Source of the DNA: an uncultured Candidatus Rokubacteria bacterium
GTDB taxonomy: Bacteria > Methylomirabilota > Methylomirabilia > Rokubacteriales > CSP1-6
Assembly: GCA_963789955.1 (NCBI GenBank)
Contig: CAWBMV010000034.1
Span: 800,001-864,000, forward strand
DNA length: 64,000 nucleotides
Reading direction: 5' to 3'
A model generated the notes under the pieces. That model saw nothing but the letters and a program-made list of their open reading frames with translations. It searched no databases and had not been told where the DNA came from. Positions 62,643-64,000 of the stretch are shown here, one piece after another; position 1 is the stretch's first letter; each line of letters begins with the position of its first letter. A program made the position numbers and the translations under genes.

Positions 62643-63667
62643 AGGCAGCCCTCTTCAGGGAGCACGGCGGCGCCGAGAAGATTCTGTTCGAGGACTATCG
62701 CGACCCGGTGATCGGGCCCGCCGAGGTTCTCGTCCGCGTGCGGGCCTGCGCGCTCAATCAGGTGGACATGCTGCTGCTCGACGGTCGGTTCCCGCCGCCC
62801 GAGGGCTTGCCCCACGTGAACGGATGCGAGGTGACCGGGACGGTCGAGGCGACCGGGCCTGGAGTCATCGGGCTCGCGCGCGGCCAGCGCGTGATCATCT
62901 TCCCGGGATTTTCCTGCGGGAGCTGCGAGTACTGCCTGCTCGGCGAGCGGACCGTGTGCGTCCGGTATGGCTATCTCGGCGCCCACAAGGACGGCGGCTA
63001 CGCCGAGCTGGTGAAGGCGCCCGCCGCCAACGTGCTGCCGCTGCCCGACACGATTCCATTCGAGGCGGGCGCCGCGGTGCCGCTCGCCATGCTCACCTCG
63101 TGGCACGCGCTCGTGGCGCAGGCCGAGGTCAGACCCGGGCAGACCGTGCTCGTCCAGGCCGCGGGCAGCGGCGTGGGCAGCGCGGCGATCCAGATCGCGC
63201 GCCTCTGTGGCGCCCGCGTCATCACGACTGTCGGCTCCGACGACAAGATCGACTTCGCCAAGGCGCTCGGCGCCGAGCACGTCGTGAACTACCGCACGCA
63301 GGACTTCGTCGAGGAGACGAAGAAGTGGACCGGCAAGCGCGGTGTCGACGTGGTGGTGGAGCACATCGGCGGCGAGACCCTCGAGCGCTCGGTCTATGCG
63401 CTGACCCGGCTCGGCAAGCTCGTCACGATCGGTTCGCACGACACCCACTGGGGCCGGCTCGACCTGCGCCACGTCTATTCCAAGAACCTCCGGATCCTCG
63501 GCACGAATCTCGGATCGATCGTCGAGCTGAGGACCGTCCTCGACCACGTCGTCCAGGGAAAGCTGCGGCCGGTCGTCGACCGCGCGTTTCCCCTCAAGGA
63601 CGCGCGCGCCGCCGTGCAGCACGTGCTGGATCGCAAGAACAAGGGGAAGGTCCTCCTGGTCTCGTGA
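62639..63667 (+). CDS. Zinc-binding dehydrogenase/quinone oxidoreductase (MDR family)
   Basis: CGSCEYCLLGERTVC structural Zn site, GGYAE, AAGSGVG, GKVLL. Confidence 0.9.
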   Translation: MKAALFREHGGAEKILFEDYRDPVIGPAEVLVRVRACALNQVDMLLLDGRFPPPEGLPHVNGCEVTGTVEATGPGVIGLARGQRVIIFPGFSCGSCEYCLLGERTVCVRYGYLGAHKDGGYAELVKAPAANVLPLPDTIPFEAGAAVPLAMLTSWHALVAQAEVRPGQTVLVQAAGSGVGSAAIQIARLCGARVITTVGSDDKIDFAKALGAEHVVNYRTQDFVEETKKWTGKRGVDVVVEHIGGETLERSVYALTRLGKLVTIGSHDTHWGRLDLRHVYSKNLRILGTNLGSIVELRTVLDHVVQGKLRPVVDRAFPLKDARAAVQHVLDRKNKGKVLLVS

Positions 63668-64000
63668 CGCTCGGGGCCCTTCTCGCGCGCGCCGCGCTCC
63701 GCCGACCCGACGCCGAGGCCGTCGTCGACGGCCGGCGCCGGCTCACGTACGCCGAGCTGGACGCGCGCGCGACCGAGGTCGCCCGGGGCTTCGCTCGGCT
63801 CGGCGTCGCCAGAGCCGACCGCGTGCTCCTCGTTCTCCGCAACCGCCTCGAGCACGTCATCGCGTACTGGGCGCTCCAGAAGCTCGGCGCCGTCGCGGTC
63901 CCCGTCGAACTTCCGCCTGGCCGCCAACGAGCTCCGCTACGTCCTCGGAGACTCCGGCGCGAGGCTCGCGCTCTTCGAGGACTCGACCTCGGGCCCGTTG
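63664..64000 (+). CDS. AMP-binding acyl-CoA synthetase (partial; frameshift ~63907)
   Basis: Manual translation: PDAEAVVDGRRRLTYAELD..LGVARADRV..LGAVAVPV(N)FRL..ELRYVLGDSGAR. Confidence 0.85.
   Translation, partial: MTLGALLARAALRRPDAEAVVDGRRRLTYAELDARATEVARGFARLGVARADRVLLVLRNRLEHVIAYWALQKLGAVAVPVELPPGRQRAPLRPRRLRREARALRGLDLGPV

Overview
High-GC bacterial chromosome segment. Gene content (kdsB, so a diderm; a Pup-type proteasome locus; many Tat-exported ABC binding proteins) suggests Candidatus Rokubacteria/Methylomirabilota; this is an inference. It carries carbohydrate-type ABC transporters, MFS and MscS genes, a TIGR03916-like radical SAM gene, a partial histidine utilisation cluster, two bactofilins and an arc-dop-prcB-prcA-pafA proteasome operon with no pup/ubact gene. 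A housekeeping stretch follows: yebC-ruvCAB, queA-tgt, yajC-secDF, rel, rpmB, recG, rsmD-coaD, an aminotransferase and CoA ligases. About 15 genes contain apparent single-base frameshifts, most likely long-read errors. The most striking unexplained element is a toxin-less AbiEi-like regulator with a palindromic operator, followed by two tandem 10-12 aa poly-lysine micro-ORFs, each with a near-perfect Shine-Dalgarno site. I recognised no rRNA, tRNA, CRISPR array or IS element. All family calls are from motif recognition, not database searches.
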